Positions 9,757 to 20,822 of a stretch of 55,123 bases of DNA are shown piece by piece. The stretch comes from a virus (Duplodnaviria > Caudoviricetes). The DNA lies in IMG/VR virus record IMGVR_UViG_3300032737_000190, positions 1 to 55,123 of that record; one strand, 5' to 3'. Made by a program: the position numbers and the translations under genes. The notes beneath the pieces are model-generated. The model was not told where the DNA came from. It saw only the letters and a program-made list of their open reading frames with translations, and did not search any database. How positions within the stretch are numbered: position 1 is the stretch's first letter; every line of letters starts with the position of its first letter.

Positions 9757-11130
9757 ATGCCAACAGCAACCGCTACATCACCGACACTAACTGATACCAA
9801 TGCACAAGCAATCGCGGATCCCATTAGGTTTTGCCTATACAGTAGAAAATCCTCAGAAGAGGATGAAAGACAAGCCCTATCCATTGATTCACAGATTAAG
9901 GAAATGAAGGAACTCGCAAAACGCGATGGAGTTGAGATTGAAGAAATTCTCAGAGAGAGTCATTCTGCAAAAGACTCCGGGCAGCGACCGATTTTCAAGA
10001 AAATGATCGAGCAGATCGAAGAGGGTGAATTTGATGGCATCATCACATGGGCTCCTGACCGCCTGAGCAGAAATGCAGGAGATCTCGGCAGCCTTGTTGA
10101 CCTCATGGACAGAGGTAAACTCAAGTGCATTCGTACGCACGGGCAAACATTTACAGATAATCCGAACGAGAAGTTCCTTCTGATGATTCTCTGCTCACAA
10201 GCGAAGCTGGAGAATGACAATCGTGGTATTAACGTGAAGCGCGGACAGAGGGCACGAGCACAGATGGGATATCGACCATGCTTGCCACCACTCGGCTACC
10301 TAACCGAACGAAAAGCTGGAGAGAGCAGGAGCAGTACAGTGGTAGATTCTATTCGAGGACCAGTCATCACCGAGATGTTCGAACAGGTTGCTTATCGGGG
10401 TGCAAGTGGACGTACTCTCTTTCACTGGTTGGTTGATGAGAAGGGGTTTCGGACACGGAAGGATAAGAAACCAAGCCTCTCCATGCTCTATCGCATGTTG
10501 CGCAACCCCTTCTACATCGGGAAGTTCGAGTATCCCAAAGGTAGTGGTAAATGGTACAGAGGTGACTATGAGCCATTGGTGAGTAAGGATTTGTTTGAAG
10601 AAGTGCAAAAGCTTCTTGATATGAATATGTCCCATAACAAATCATGGGGATCCAAAGACTTTGCCTTCGTGCGGATGATGACATGCGGTTCCTGTAAATC
10701 AGGAGTGACTGCTGAGGAGAAATTTAAGAAGCTCAAGAATGGATCAGTGAAACGGTATGTGTACTACCGCTGTACTCACAGTAAAGACCTGACGTGCAAA
10801 GAACCGTCGATACGAGAGGATGTGCTGATAGAGCAGCTACTCGATATGTTGGATGATCTGGATATGGACAGCGCCGGAATGAAGAAGAGTCTGAAGGAAG
10901 AACTGGAACGATACAGCAAGTTCTCTGATGTCCTCGGGGTGGACATGGAGTTCAAGAAGAAGTTGAAGGAGATTGATGGGAGGAAATATGCAGAGTATGT
11001 GCTTCGGGAGGGTAGCAGTGAGGAGAAGAGGGGGTTGTTGGAGAATATGAAGAGTGAAATCACTCTGATAGATGGCAGTATCTCCACAAATCACGAGAGT
11101 TCTGGACGAAGAAGTGTAAAAAGAAGATAA
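9757..11130 (+). CDS. Large serine recombinase, core A
   Basis: CLYSRKSSE catalytic motif, DRLSRN, recombinase domain, Zn ribbon CGSC...YYRC...C. Confidence 0.95.
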   Translation: MPTATATSPTLTDTNAQAIADPIRFCLYSRKSSEEDERQALSIDSQIKEMKELAKRDGVEIEEILRESHSAKDSGQRPIFKKMIEQIEEGEFDGIITWAPDRLSRNAGDLGSLVDLMDRGKLKCIRTHGQTFTDNPNEKFLLMILCSQAKLENDNRGINVKRGQRARAQMGYRPCLPPLGYLTERKAGESRSSTVVDSIRGPVITEMFEQVAYRGASGRTLFHWLVDEKGFRTRKDKKPSLSMLYRMLRNPFYIGKFEYPKGSGKWYRGDYEPLVSKDLFEEVQKLLDMNMSHNKSWGSKDFAFVRMMTCGSCKSGVTAEEKFKKLKNGSVKRYVYYRCTHSKDLTCKEPSIREDVLIEQLLDMLDDLDMDSAGMKKSLKEELERYSKFSDVLGVDMEFKKKLKEIDGRKYAEYVLREGSSEEKRGLLENMKSEITLIDGSISTNHESSGRRSVKRR

Positions 11131-11138
11131 TTGCAACT

Positions 11139-11459
11139 ATGCCATCTGCAAACGCTCAAAATATTGAATCGGCATTAGAGGATATGAGAAATGTACATCT
11201 TCCTGATGATGTAGATCTTTTTGCATTAGAGATTCAGGAAGATCATGGAATTTGGGAAGTCGTTGTAATTTTTGATCCTTTTTCTCATATTATTCCCGAT
11301 GGACATCCTTATCCTGCATCACGTGATGTACCATCACCTGACTTAGAATTTTCCTCAAAAGAAGAGGCATTGGATTTTGCACAAAAATTACATGATGTTT
11401 TGGTTGAGCGAGGTAAGCAGCCAGAAGGCAATACAACATACCTCTTTGAAGCAAGATAA
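11139..11459 (+). CDS. Hypothetical acidic protein
   Basis: 106-aa ORF filling the gap between the recombinase and the Avs-like gene. Confidence 0.6.
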   Translation: MPSANAQNIESALEDMRNVHLPDDVDLFALEIQEDHGIWEVVVIFDPFSHIIPDGHPYPASRDVPSPDLEFSSKEEALDFAQKLHDVLVERGKQPEGNTTYLFEAR

Positions 11460-11472
11460 ATATTGAATTTGT

Positions 11473-14400
11473 TTATCTATAAATCCCTTCTATCTGTATA
11501 GCCATTTGAATGGCTCTTTCCCATCCAATTTCAAGGTATGCATCCAGTGTCAGCAAGAAATCTTCTCTTGCCTGTTCATCTTCAGCTAACAGTGATTTGT
11601 GATCTGCAAAAATTCTCTCTAATAGCTCAACGGTTTTATCTGAAGCCATATGCTCATAGGTAATTCCGTTCGGAAGAGCTGCAAGGGTCATCTTTCGAAG
11701 CCAAGAGAGTGCTATTTTGGTATTGAATGGAAGCAGCTCCTCAATTGCTTGCAAAACATCATATGCAATGGCCGGATGAGCCATTTCACACAGAATATTT
11801 AAAAGCGGTGTTTGCTCTTTCCAAAATTTACTAATCTCTTCTGCTGGATTACCCTTTCCTGCATTCCATTCTTCCACCTTCGCCTTTGCAAGGAAATGCA
11901 GTTCGGTAGAAGCAATTTCAAACGTTCTACTTATGGTATTAATACCTGTTGGCGGCTCTGATGGTCTTTTATTGGGTTCCATTTTTAGCACTCGCTCTCT
12001 GTACTGATGGAGGGTTGAGTTTCCTGCTGCGAGTATTCGTAGCAATAATGCATGTGCCCTTTTTGCCTGAGCATCTGTGACTGAAATATGTTTAGGCATC
12101 CTCCTTGGAAAGGAGTAGTCCAGTGCTCCTTCTGCAAATCCAAAAAACGTGTGTGCATTCTCCTCTGGGGCTTCCAGAATTTTTTCTGTTAATTCCTCAA
12201 TCCACTTCCATTGTTCTGTAATGGAATAGCTTGAATATGTCCTCCCCAGTCCTTGCTGCCACTCATTCAAGTGTAAGTCTTTTGCGGTTTGTAATAGCTT
12301 CTGAGCGAATGCATCGGCTCTGCTTGCATCAATTTTTCTTGTTCTGAGCAGGAAGCCATTATGTAATACTGCTGAGAGTAGAGCATAGTTTCTAGCTCTA
12401 TTTGGCAAATCATCCAACCACTTTTCTAACGTATCCAAAACAAAGAGGGGGCTCTTCTCCTGAAGTAGGAAAATTTTTGAAGCCAAATGAAAACCAATCT
12501 GTGGGTCGTCTGCGTGAGCAACCTTCTTTAGGAGTTCCAGGTATGCGGAATCAAGTTTCTTCTTATTCCATACCAAATACATCAAACCAGATGTGGCTGT
12601 ATAGCGTGGATCAATGCTTCCATAAGTAACAACCTCGTTGTACTGATCTACTTCTTTGGCATCAACTGGATTGTTCAGTTCTTTTTCCAGTGCTGTCCTA
12701 AACACATCAAATGCCTTCTTAGAGATATCTTGTTTAAGATCAGAAAAGCTACGCACTATTTGGAGGTAGGCATTCACAATTTCATTTTGTACTATGCTCC
12801 TTAGCTTAGGGTCGGCATCACTACTAGTATTTAGATAGGATTCAGCATCACTAAGTTTCTTTTGAAGATAAGCAAGGTTTCGTTTTCCCACCTTTGCAGC
12901 AAGCTTCCCAATTTCTTGAGCCATCTTGTCCAAATCCTTATTTGCTTTGTTCGTTAGAGAAATTCCTTCCCTAGCCAACTCTTCTTCTCTCGAAAAATGT
13001 ACACCCCGAACAGTGCTATAACCTCTATCTTCATCAATTTTCACATCTTCTTTTTCGAATGACTCAACTATCGATTTGGCTGCATCAGTCCTCTTCTTCT
13101 TAGGAATTAATGAAAGGTACTTTGCCTGTTGGCGTTTTACATACTCATCCAAATGTGAATAACCAAGATATTTTGCATGAGATGTTTTTAATGAAAGCAC
13201 AGCCTTTTGAAAATCATCTACGAATTTATCTCCAAGATGCTTTTGAAAAGCCATGAAGCACTGACCGATAGGATGCATTAGGTCTACACACATTAATAAT
13301 TGTGGAATACAAATGAGCTTGGAAAGCTTTTTTGCATAGAACCTTGGATTGGATGCACCAGCAGTTAACAGCCTCCTCCACACAGATGCTGGTGTCTTTT
13401 CTGTAACAAGTGAAGGTTGAATATCCTTCCATTGATCCTCTGTAATTTCATTAGCTAGAAATTGCTGCCAATTGCCAAGCATCTTACTTGTCTCTTCTCG
13501 ATTGTTATCATCGTGATCCCATATGTGGGAATAATCAGTTAAAACACCTACCTTCTTTCCGTTCCATAAAAATAATTGCACCGCAGGAAGGTCTCTGTCC
13601 TTCAACTCTGAGTAGGCACATGAAACATTGATTAGAGCCATTGTTGCATACTTAGGACTTGAGTGAAGAAAGCCATCAAATTTCTCCTGTAGAAAATGAA
13701 GACCGCTTGTGTAGTCCTGTCTCCGGTTGCTGCTGATAGATAGGATTACACTGTTGCTAAACCCTGTTGTTGATTCATCCCTCTCTTCATATCCATACAT
13801 GGCGGAATAAACCTTTGCAACGAGTGCTGGGTCAGCATCCCATAAGCCATCAATATGCCAAGAAAGCTGCTGTGCTTGAATGTATCCAGTTTTGACTATC
13901 TCTACTGGTTCAATAATTTTTCGCACGATGACGGCAGCTTCAACTGGATTACTGGCAAACGAATGGCACAGCCAAGTTATGGGTCTGCTGATCAAACGCA
14001 TTGGCTCTTCTGTAGTCCACAAATACTCGATCAGAGCAACGACTGCCTGATTGAATGTTCTCTTCTGGTCATCTGTAAGTTGGGCTATATGACCATTTGC
14101 TTCTTGAAGGATTTGATAAGACTTGCGAACATGAGGATCGCTTTTGCTTTGTGCTAGTTTCAATGCAAGATCAAGCCAACATTGACCTGTGCCTTCTGCA
14201 ATTTGCTTTGGCAAGCAAACATATGTTGCAGCAGTAATAACTCCAAACAGAAGTTTTCTCCACTCATCAGAGTCCTGTTTATCAGATAACGATTGCTGGA
14301 AGGGATGGTCTAGGTCATCAACACTTCTTACTTCAGTAGCAATTGCCACATAGCCAGGGAACTTTTGTAGATGTGGCACTGCATCACTACTTTGAATTGC

Positions 14401-16362
14401 ATTGAGAATATCCCATAACTCATTTCTGCCCTTATGCCATGCCCACCTATAAAAGAAAATAAGGCTGGGTCGGAGAAAAAGACCCCAGTTATCGTATGAT
14501 GACAATTCACCAACTAATGACTCTTTCTTTGGTCTTACAAAAAATTTTTCTGCCAAGTAATCGAAGAGAAGATCGTGAGTGAATCCAACTCGATCATCTG
14601 GCAATCTTCCTGGCATGCTCTGCACTTCTGAGAGAAGATTTGTACTCATTAGGTATTGTTTCACTTCCGCTGATATTACAGGCAATGCAACTTGCAACCT
14701 TTGCTTTGAAACCATTTCATTAATTATCAGTGAAACCACATCTTCTACCTCATTTCTCTGTTTTAGACATTCCTCAACAAAAGACTGCACTCGCTCTTCC
14801 CAATACCTATCAAAGAGCTCTGCCTGTGTTGAAATCGTTGAAAGCTCCTCATCCTCAATATGGGAATCTAGCAATTCGCATAGCAGCTTTAAGCTGAAAA
14901 TATTGGTAACAATTTGAGCCAATTGGTCATGTTTCTTAATGGCATAGCCCACCTGAGGCACGCTCTTAATCACTTGTTTAATCTCATCCTCATGTAATTC
15001 AGGTACCTGAATATGAGCAATCTTAGCAAGTTCCTCATTCGTAAAATTCTCAGAGATCACTTCGCTGGCATGAAATGCATGTATTAATTTGGTCGAATAC
15101 CTCAAATCAAATGTTCTTACAGAGGCAATGACAGTGACTCCAGAAGCTTTTGCATAACGCAGAAGCTCTACATACGAATCTAAGGTAACGCCGTCACGTA
15201 TACTATCGAGTCCATCGATAACCAAAATAGTGTCTGTGCTAGCTGCCTCTTTCAATACATCAATCCATGAGTGCTGAAGACCAATGATATTCTTTGCCTC
15301 TTGGAGAGAAGAAAACTTGATGCTGCTAGCAGACCAAAACCATACACGTCTATTTTCAGATAGCTGCTGCACTCCTCCAAACAATGCACCTGTTTTTCCA
15401 CTTCCAGCATCACCCACTACCAAAAATGAATGCTTTTCTCCACAACGAACAATATCCTGAGTAACTGCACGTTCCACCTTCACAGTCTTCCCTTGTAGCT
15501 TTATTGATGCTCTGTTATTCAACTCGTATCCATGAATCTGGTCATTTGTCAGCTGACTCATTTTTTCAAAATCTTCCCTATAACTAGGGCTTTCGTTCAA
15601 TTCATACCCTGCTTGTGTTAGCTTCTCCCTTAAATCAGCTCTATCAATTCCCGCTTGTTCATCTGTCATTTTTCTCGATAGCTCCAGCAGCCAATTCACA
15701 GCAGCATTCCACCTAGCCTGCGAAAGAGGACTCAGCACATTGACTTTAACGGCAGTACAAACTGATTGCCAATCTGAATCGCCTTCTTCGAGCTTCAACT
15801 GTTTTATATGAATACTCTTAAGAAATTCGTCTTTGCTAGCATTTGGAATTTCATCGAGTGTATCAATCAAGCGGTACACCCTTTCCACTAAAGCAATCTC
15901 AGTAACACCACTCGCTACAAACATAACACTGTTTCCTGTCGGCATGCTACGGGCACGAGATAAAATTGTACCAAGTTTTTTTAAATTTTGATTGTCTCCT
16001 TGGTGAAACAAGACATTACGATGATTACTTCCTTGTTGGAATTGCTGATGTAGCTGAATAAGTAAGTCAGCAAATTTACTACTGGTACTTTCAGATATTC
16101 TGACATTCTTTTTACATTGTCCATACAAGTGATAATCATCACCAAAATCAATTCTCACATCGTTCACAGCATCCCCCGTTTCACAGCTGACTCGTGATGC
16201 TGGTATATCTGCTGGTATCCCAAATTCAGTCTGTGCAGTCTCTATCAGCATTTGTAACAGCCACCATGAAGCAACCTTTTTCTGAAAGGTAAAACCAGAT
16301 GATGCAGATGCACCACCTACATCTGTTCTTTGCCTTGCGCTATTAACATTTTTCTTATTCAT
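11473..16362 (-). CDS. Avs/AVAST-like STAND NTPase with N-terminal PD-(D/E)xK nuclease
   Basis: GFTFQ...VNDVRI...GQCK nuclease motif; Walker A GDAGSGKT; Walker B ILVIDGLD; FTHDLLFDY; long helical C-terminus; 1629 aa. Confidence 0.78.
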   Translation of the reverse strand: MNKKNVNSARQRTDVGGASASSGFTFQKKVASWWLLQMLIETAQTEFGIPADIPASRVSCETGDAVNDVRIDFGDDYHLYGQCKKNVRISESTSSKFADLLIQLHQQFQQGSNHRNVLFHQGDNQNLKKLGTILSRARSMPTGNSVMFVASGVTEIALVERVYRLIDTLDEIPNASKDEFLKSIHIKQLKLEEGDSDWQSVCTAVKVNVLSPLSQARWNAAVNWLLELSRKMTDEQAGIDRADLREKLTQAGYELNESPSYREDFEKMSQLTNDQIHGYELNNRASIKLQGKTVKVERAVTQDIVRCGEKHSFLVVGDAGSGKTGALFGGVQQLSENRRVWFWSASSIKFSSLQEAKNIIGLQHSWIDVLKEAASTDTILVIDGLDSIRDGVTLDSYVELLRYAKASGVTVIASVRTFDLRYSTKLIHAFHASEVISENFTNEELAKIAHIQVPELHEDEIKQVIKSVPQVGYAIKKHDQLAQIVTNIFSLKLLCELLDSHIEDEELSTISTQAELFDRYWEERVQSFVEECLKQRNEVEDVVSLIINEMVSKQRLQVALPVISAEVKQYLMSTNLLSEVQSMPGRLPDDRVGFTHDLLFDYLAEKFFVRPKKESLVGELSSYDNWGLFLRPSLIFFYRWAWHKGRNELWDILNAIQSSDAVPHLQKFPGYVAIATEVRSVDDLDHPFQQSLSDKQDSDEWRKLLFGVITAATYVCLPKQIAEGTGQCWLDLALKLAQSKSDPHVRKSYQILQEANGHIAQLTDDQKRTFNQAVVALIEYLWTTEEPMRLISRPITWLCHSFASNPVEAAVIVRKIIEPVEIVKTGYIQAQQLSWHIDGLWDADPALVAKVYSAMYGYEERDESTTGFSNSVILSISSNRRQDYTSGLHFLQEKFDGFLHSSPKYATMALINVSCAYSELKDRDLPAVQLFLWNGKKVGVLTDYSHIWDHDDNNREETSKMLGNWQQFLANEITEDQWKDIQPSLVTEKTPASVWRRLLTAGASNPRFYAKKLSKLICIPQLLMCVDLMHPIGQCFMAFQKHLGDKFVDDFQKAVLSLKTSHAKYLGYSHLDEYVKRQQAKYLSLIPKKKRTDAAKSIVESFEKEDVKIDEDRGYSTVRGVHFSREEELAREGISLTNKANKDLDKMAQEIGKLAAKVGKRNLAYLQKKLSDAESYLNTSSDADPKLRSIVQNEIVNAYLQIVRSFSDLKQDISKKAFDVFRTALEKELNNPVDAKEVDQYNEVVTYGSIDPRYTATSGLMYLVWNKKKLDSAYLELLKKVAHADDPQIGFHLASKIFLLQEKSPLFVLDTLEKWLDDLPNRARNYALLSAVLHNGFLLRTRKIDASRADAFAQKLLQTAKDLHLNEWQQGLGRTYSSYSITEQWKWIEELTEKILEAPEENAHTFFGFAEGALDYSFPRRMPKHISVTDAQAKRAHALLLRILAAGNSTLHQYRERVLKMEPNKRPSEPPTGINTISRTFEIASTELHFLAKAKVEEWNAGKGNPAEEISKFWKEQTPLLNILCEMAHPAIAYDVLQAIEELLPFNTKIALSWLRKMTLAALPNGITYEHMASDKTVELLERIFADHKSLLAEDEQAREDFLLTLDAYLEIGWERAIQMAIQIEGIYR

Positions 16363-16504
16363 ATTCCTTAATTAAATTGTAATAAGCACACCACTCACAA
16401 CCCTCATCACTCTTCGGAATCTTTTTTGCACACAAACACTTGTGAGCGTCAACGATAGCATCCTCTATCCAATTGGGAGATAACATTAGAAGTGTGAGCA
16501 TCAT
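16355..16504 (-). pseudogene. Remnant C-terminus of a Cas4/RecB-like PD-(D/E)xK nuclease
   Basis: Untracked 49-aa ORF ...NWIEDAIVDAHKCLCAKKIPKSDEGCEWCAYYNLIKEYE*; its stop overlaps the Avs-like start region (ATGAATAA). Confidence 0.5.
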
Positions 16505-16506
16505 AA

Positions 16507-19170
16507 TTAAGCAGCATTAAGTTGCAACAATCCATTAAAACTCATATTCGCCTTAATAACATTATGAGGGATCAGTACATAGCTCCATGGTTTTCCCTTA
16601 TGAGCAGCGCTGTATTCAGATGCAGCTTTGCAGAACTCTAGTGCGGCTTCTGCTTTTTCCAAAACATCTTTCTCTTCGATATCCTTTTCGGCTTTAACTT
16701 CAATCAAATAAATACAATCACTTGTCTCAACCACAAAATCCGGTACGTATCGTTTTGAATTGTGTCTCCAATAGATACGAAACTGCGATTGGGCAGGTCT
16801 GAGCCATTTTAGAACATCAGTATCCGCCTCAAGCGTTGCAGCTAAGTCTTTTTCAGATTTTGAATCGAATTTGTACAGGTTGTGACAGGCTTTTTTGAAA
16901 CCACCAAATACTTTGGATGGGATTGTATTGGTAGGCTGAATTGTTTCTGAATAGTGATGAACCTTGTCCTTCGTATACTTCGATAAATTATGTGGCTCTA
17001 TCTTCGTAAAAGCATGAATAACTGGCTCTTCAAAGCCGGCCTCTTCTAAGTAGAAATGCTTCTTTAATTGAACATAGATAAACTTTGCAATCTCACGTTT
17101 GTGATAGAGCACTATGTTGCGCAATTCATCATCACTGCGACCAGCACCAAGTTTATCGACTGCATTTTGAGCCAGATTGTACAAGAGATCGCTTACCTGG
17201 TCATAATCGATGTCGGGATAGTTTATGAGTTCATTCACCAGAATATTGACCGGAGTGTCACGTACGACTCCGCTGCCTTTGCCCTGAAGAACATCGAACT
17301 CGTGTGTTCTCAGTGTTGTGCGAAGTATCTCTTCGGAAACTGGTTGATAGTTCAGGTTCGACACATCCAAATCAAAATCATGGAATCCCGCAGTCACTTC
17401 ATTGCTCTGTTGGATAAGGATACGGGGGATAGGAATGATTTTTTGGATCACTTCCTGCACTACTTCTTCATACTCTTTCTTCGCAGCTTCAATGATTTCA
17501 TTTTTGAATAAGTCTTGCTGCGGCGCATTTTCTACTCGTTCAATGAGTTTTTCAAAAACAATTTTCTTTACTTCAACTGAATTAAGATCATTTATATTTG
17601 TAACTGAATCCCCAAGACTGGAAACAGTATCAAACAGTGCTTGTTTAGCTTGGATGTTGATATTGGCCTCCTGTTTCTTCTCAGGATCCTTCAATGCATC
17701 TGCAGCGACTCTTTGATCTTGCAATGCTTCTGCATATGTAGAGGCAGATGTAATAATAGATTGAGCCTCTGGCAGAAAGTTTGGGTTTATTTCAATAATA
17801 TTCTCCTTTCTAATTATTGAATTAGGATCATTAGCTGCTTCAACTAATGCCTGAAACCGATCATGGGCAATGACAGTAAGTGTATCAGCTTTCTTTTCTC
17901 CGGTACGTTTTCCAAATGGCAATCGAAGACCACGTCCCAGAGTCTGTTCTGTGAGAATTTGTGAATTTGATGCCCTAAGAGGAATAATTGTATACAGATT
18001 TGTGACATCCCATCCTTCCTTCAGCATATTAACGTGAATAACAATCTCAATCGTGTTTTCTGGTTTCTCTAAATCCATCAGCCGCTGCACGTTTTCCTCC
18101 TTTTCACCTCCTCGTTGATTGGAGTGAATTTCCATGACCTTGCCTTTATATCTACCCTCAAAGAACTTATTCGATTCGATCATTTCCTTTAGTTCCTGTG
18201 CATGGGTTGTATCTTTGGCAACGACAAGCACAAATGGCTTTACCAATTTGTTGCCTGTATCACGAGAATAGATATCCAGAGCGACCTTGGTATCCTCATG
18301 AATACGAATACCATCCTCAAGCTTGATGAGATCAAGCTCCTTGGGGTCATTTCTATATTGATCAGGGTCAAAGTCTCTACGAGTAGCAACGGCAGGTTCC
18401 TTGAGGTAACCATCATCCAGTGCATGAGCAAGAGAATATTCGTACACAACATTCTTAAACTTGTTACCCTTTGTATCAATCGGAGTTGCTGTAAGTTCTA
18501 ACCCTAAAACCGATTTTAGTTCATTAATAGCTTTCATGCCCGCATCAGCACGATAATGGTGCGATTCATCCATAAGCACCACAAGATCATTCAGTTCCGA
18601 AAGATAGCTAAAATACGACTCACCAAGGTACTCAGAAAGCCTCTTAATGCGTGGCTCTTTTCCTCCACGCATCTCTGAACTGATACGTTGGATATTGAAG
18701 ACATTGATTTTCACGGACTCGTTAAAAAGAGTTGCTTGCCTTGCTTCCGAGTAATTGTCACTGGTGATAATGCGAGGGGGATTCTGGGCAAACTCACTGA
18801 TGCCATTAAATACATACTTTGCATTATTTGGGTCTGAAAAATCCGCCACCAATTTGTTATAGATCGTTGTACCCGGAGCCAAAACAAAAAAGTTTTTGAT
18901 GCCCTTTTCTATGTACAGATACGCTATGAAAGCTCCCATAAGACGCGTTTTTCCGACTCCAGTAGCCAGCGCAAAGGTTACCGATGGGAAGTCACGCTCA
19001 AAGTCTGAGCAAGTTGGGTACAGTTCATGCACTTTTTTGAGAGTCTCTGTGAGATCAACTCCATTCTGTAACTCAAGTTCATCTGCAAGCTTAGAGAGTA
19101 TTTCCAGACTTTTTGTCTGAGGCGGGCGAAGACTGAGCCGATTGGTAATGGTTTGAGCAGTCTTATTCAT
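16507..19170 (-). CDS. res: Type III restriction endonuclease subunit (Res)
   Basis: ATGVGKT, DESHHY, TATP, LKEGWD, QTLGRGLR and C-terminal YVPDF...IEVK. Confidence 0.9.
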   Translation of the reverse strand: MNKTAQTITNRLSLRPPQTKSLEILSKLADELELQNGVDLTETLKKVHELYPTCSDFERDFPSVTFALATGVGKTRLMGAFIAYLYIEKGIKNFFVLAPGTTIYNKLVADFSDPNNAKYVFNGISEFAQNPPRIITSDNYSEARQATLFNESVKINVFNIQRISSEMRGGKEPRIKRLSEYLGESYFSYLSELNDLVVLMDESHHYRADAGMKAINELKSVLGLELTATPIDTKGNKFKNVVYEYSLAHALDDGYLKEPAVATRRDFDPDQYRNDPKELDLIKLEDGIRIHEDTKVALDIYSRDTGNKLVKPFVLVVAKDTTHAQELKEMIESNKFFEGRYKGKVMEIHSNQRGGEKEENVQRLMDLEKPENTIEIVIHVNMLKEGWDVTNLYTIIPLRASNSQILTEQTLGRGLRLPFGKRTGEKKADTLTVIAHDRFQALVEAANDPNSIIRKENIIEINPNFLPEAQSIITSASTYAEALQDQRVAADALKDPEKKQEANINIQAKQALFDTVSSLGDSVTNINDLNSVEVKKIVFEKLIERVENAPQQDLFKNEIIEAAKKEYEEVVQEVIQKIIPIPRILIQQSNEVTAGFHDFDLDVSNLNYQPVSEEILRTTLRTHEFDVLQGKGSGVVRDTPVNILVNELINYPDIDYDQVSDLLYNLAQNAVDKLGAGRSDDELRNIVLYHKREIAKFIYVQLKKHFYLEEAGFEEPVIHAFTKIEPHNLSKYTKDKVHHYSETIQPTNTIPSKVFGGFKKACHNLYKFDSKSEKDLAATLEADTDVLKWLRPAQSQFRIYWRHNSKRYVPDFVVETSDCIYLIEVKAEKDIEEKDVLEKAEAALEFCKAASEYSAAHKGKPWSYVLIPHNVIKANMSFNGLLQLNAA

Positions 19171-20815
19171 TGTCTTCGTCGGTAATATCTTGATCCTCAG
19201 CAATTTCTTCCGTTGATTCGATAATGTTGAGATCGTAATTGTCCTGCCCGTATTCGCACTTACCCAAAATCATCTGCGGAATCTTTTTGATTGTTATATT
19301 GGGATAGCGATCTTCACACTCAGGTGCAAAAGACTTGGCGCAAATTAGCAAACTTTCTTCACTGCTCATTTCTTCGTGGATCTTATCGAGTTGTTCAACT
19401 GTTACGAATGCTGTAGTCACAAAGATATAGTCTGTTTCCGTTGATTTACCCTGCTTCCAATACAATTCCTCATGTGGTGAAAACCGGAAACCTTCATGCT
19501 TACACATGGCTGCAGCCAGCATGTTCGCGTTGTATTTCTCGTCTATTATCCAATTATTATATTTGTCTTTACGAAGGAGGCTCGATGCAAGATTATAGAA
19601 TTTAAAACCTCCTCCCCCCTTCCATCCGAGAGTTTCAGAAAGAGGTAATCCGTCATTTCCATCGACTACTTTTTTAAGTCTTGGAAGACAATGAGTATAG
19701 GCGTGTTCTCCTAATTCAACTCCAATCCATTTGCGTTCCATTTTGTGAGCAACTGCTGATGTTGTACCTGAGCCAAGGAAAGAATCAAGAACTAAATCTC
19801 CAGGCTTTGTAGAAATATGAATGATTCGTTCCATTAATTTTTCTGGCTTCGGAGTATCAAACACATCAGATTCAAAAATGGCTTTTATCTCAATTTTAGA
19901 AGTTCTATTACTACCTACTTCACTTTGAGTCCATATAGTTTCAGGGGGTGTGCCAGTTGAATTTTCATAATAGATTCGGAAATAAAGGCTCCAACCATTT
20001 TTAGTTTTAACCCACTCAAGCAGACTTGCGTCCTTTTCAACTCTTTCCTTTCCCCATCGCCATCTACTATCTGTGCCATCTGGGTTTTTGGGAAATAATT
20101 CCTGGCCATCTGGTGTTGTTATAGCAAAATACATCGAAGGTCTTTTTGCTCTATGGCCGTCTGCACCCATTGCCCGAAGAGGCTTTAAGTAATATATCTT
20201 CCCATTCTCATCTTTTTTATTGTAATGCTCAGGGGCATCTCCATTCTTTAGTCTGTTAATATTTGTCTTTTCGATATTTTTTGAATAAACCAAGATGTGG
20301 TCATACCTGGAAGAAAAAAATTTAGCATCCATTCTTGGGCTATCTGCTTTCTCCCAAGCTACATCTGCAAGAAAATTATTCCGTCCAATAATTTCATCAC
20401 AGAGCACCTTACAGTAATGAGCTTCAATATCATCAAGTGTTATCCAAATTAACCCATCGTCTGAAAGAAGTCTCCATAATAGCAGGATTCTATCTTTCAT
20501 TAATCTTAACCAAATTGAGTGCTCTAAATTGTCGTCGTAATGTTCAAAAGCACTCCCCGTATTGTAAGGAGGATCAATGTAAACACACTTCACCTTGCCA
20601 GCAAAATCCTGCTCCAAAGCCTTGAGGGCTAAAAGGTTATCCCCATGAATGAGCATATTTTCTGTGTTGGAGTCGCCATAGGATTTCTCAGGATCTTCGA
20701 TTAGGATCCTCGGTTCCAGCTTCAGCTCTTCGTCTTTGCCTATCCACGTCAGCTCAAGGCGTTGCTTCTTTGGCTTTCCTTTGCCGTTATTGGTCTGTGC
20801 AGTTGTATCAGTCAT
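19163..20815 (-). CDS. mod: Type III R-M adenine methyltransferase (Mod)
   Basis: IHGDNL, YIDPPYNTG, TPKPE, DSFLGSGTT; overlaps the res start. Confidence 0.92.
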   Translation of the reverse strand: MTDTTAQTNNGKGKPKKQRLELTWIGKDEELKLEPRILIEDPEKSYGDSNTENMLIHGDNLLALKALEQDFAGKVKCVYIDPPYNTGSAFEHYDDNLEHSIWLRLMKDRILLLWRLLSDDGLIWITLDDIEAHYCKVLCDEIIGRNNFLADVAWEKADSPRMDAKFFSSRYDHILVYSKNIEKTNINRLKNGDAPEHYNKKDENGKIYYLKPLRAMGADGHRAKRPSMYFAITTPDGQELFPKNPDGTDSRWRWGKERVEKDASLLEWVKTKNGWSLYFRIYYENSTGTPPETIWTQSEVGSNRTSKIEIKAIFESDVFDTPKPEKLMERIIHISTKPGDLVLDSFLGSGTTSAVAHKMERKWIGVELGEHAYTHCLPRLKKVVDGNDGLPLSETLGWKGGGGFKFYNLASSLLRKDKYNNWIIDEKYNANMLAAAMCKHEGFRFSPHEELYWKQGKSTETDYIFVTTAFVTVEQLDKIHEEMSSEESLLICAKSFAPECEDRYPNITIKKIPQMILGKCEYGQDNYDLNIIESTEEIAEDQDITDEDNE

Positions 20816-20822
20816 AGATTTA

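Larger units (their letters stand above)
5621..11130 (+). mobile_element. Terminase/methyltransferase/serine-recombinase core A of a putative integrative element
   Basis: Five co-oriented genes, the first four overlapping; same order recurs at 43184-48506; element ends not defined. Confidence 0.7.
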
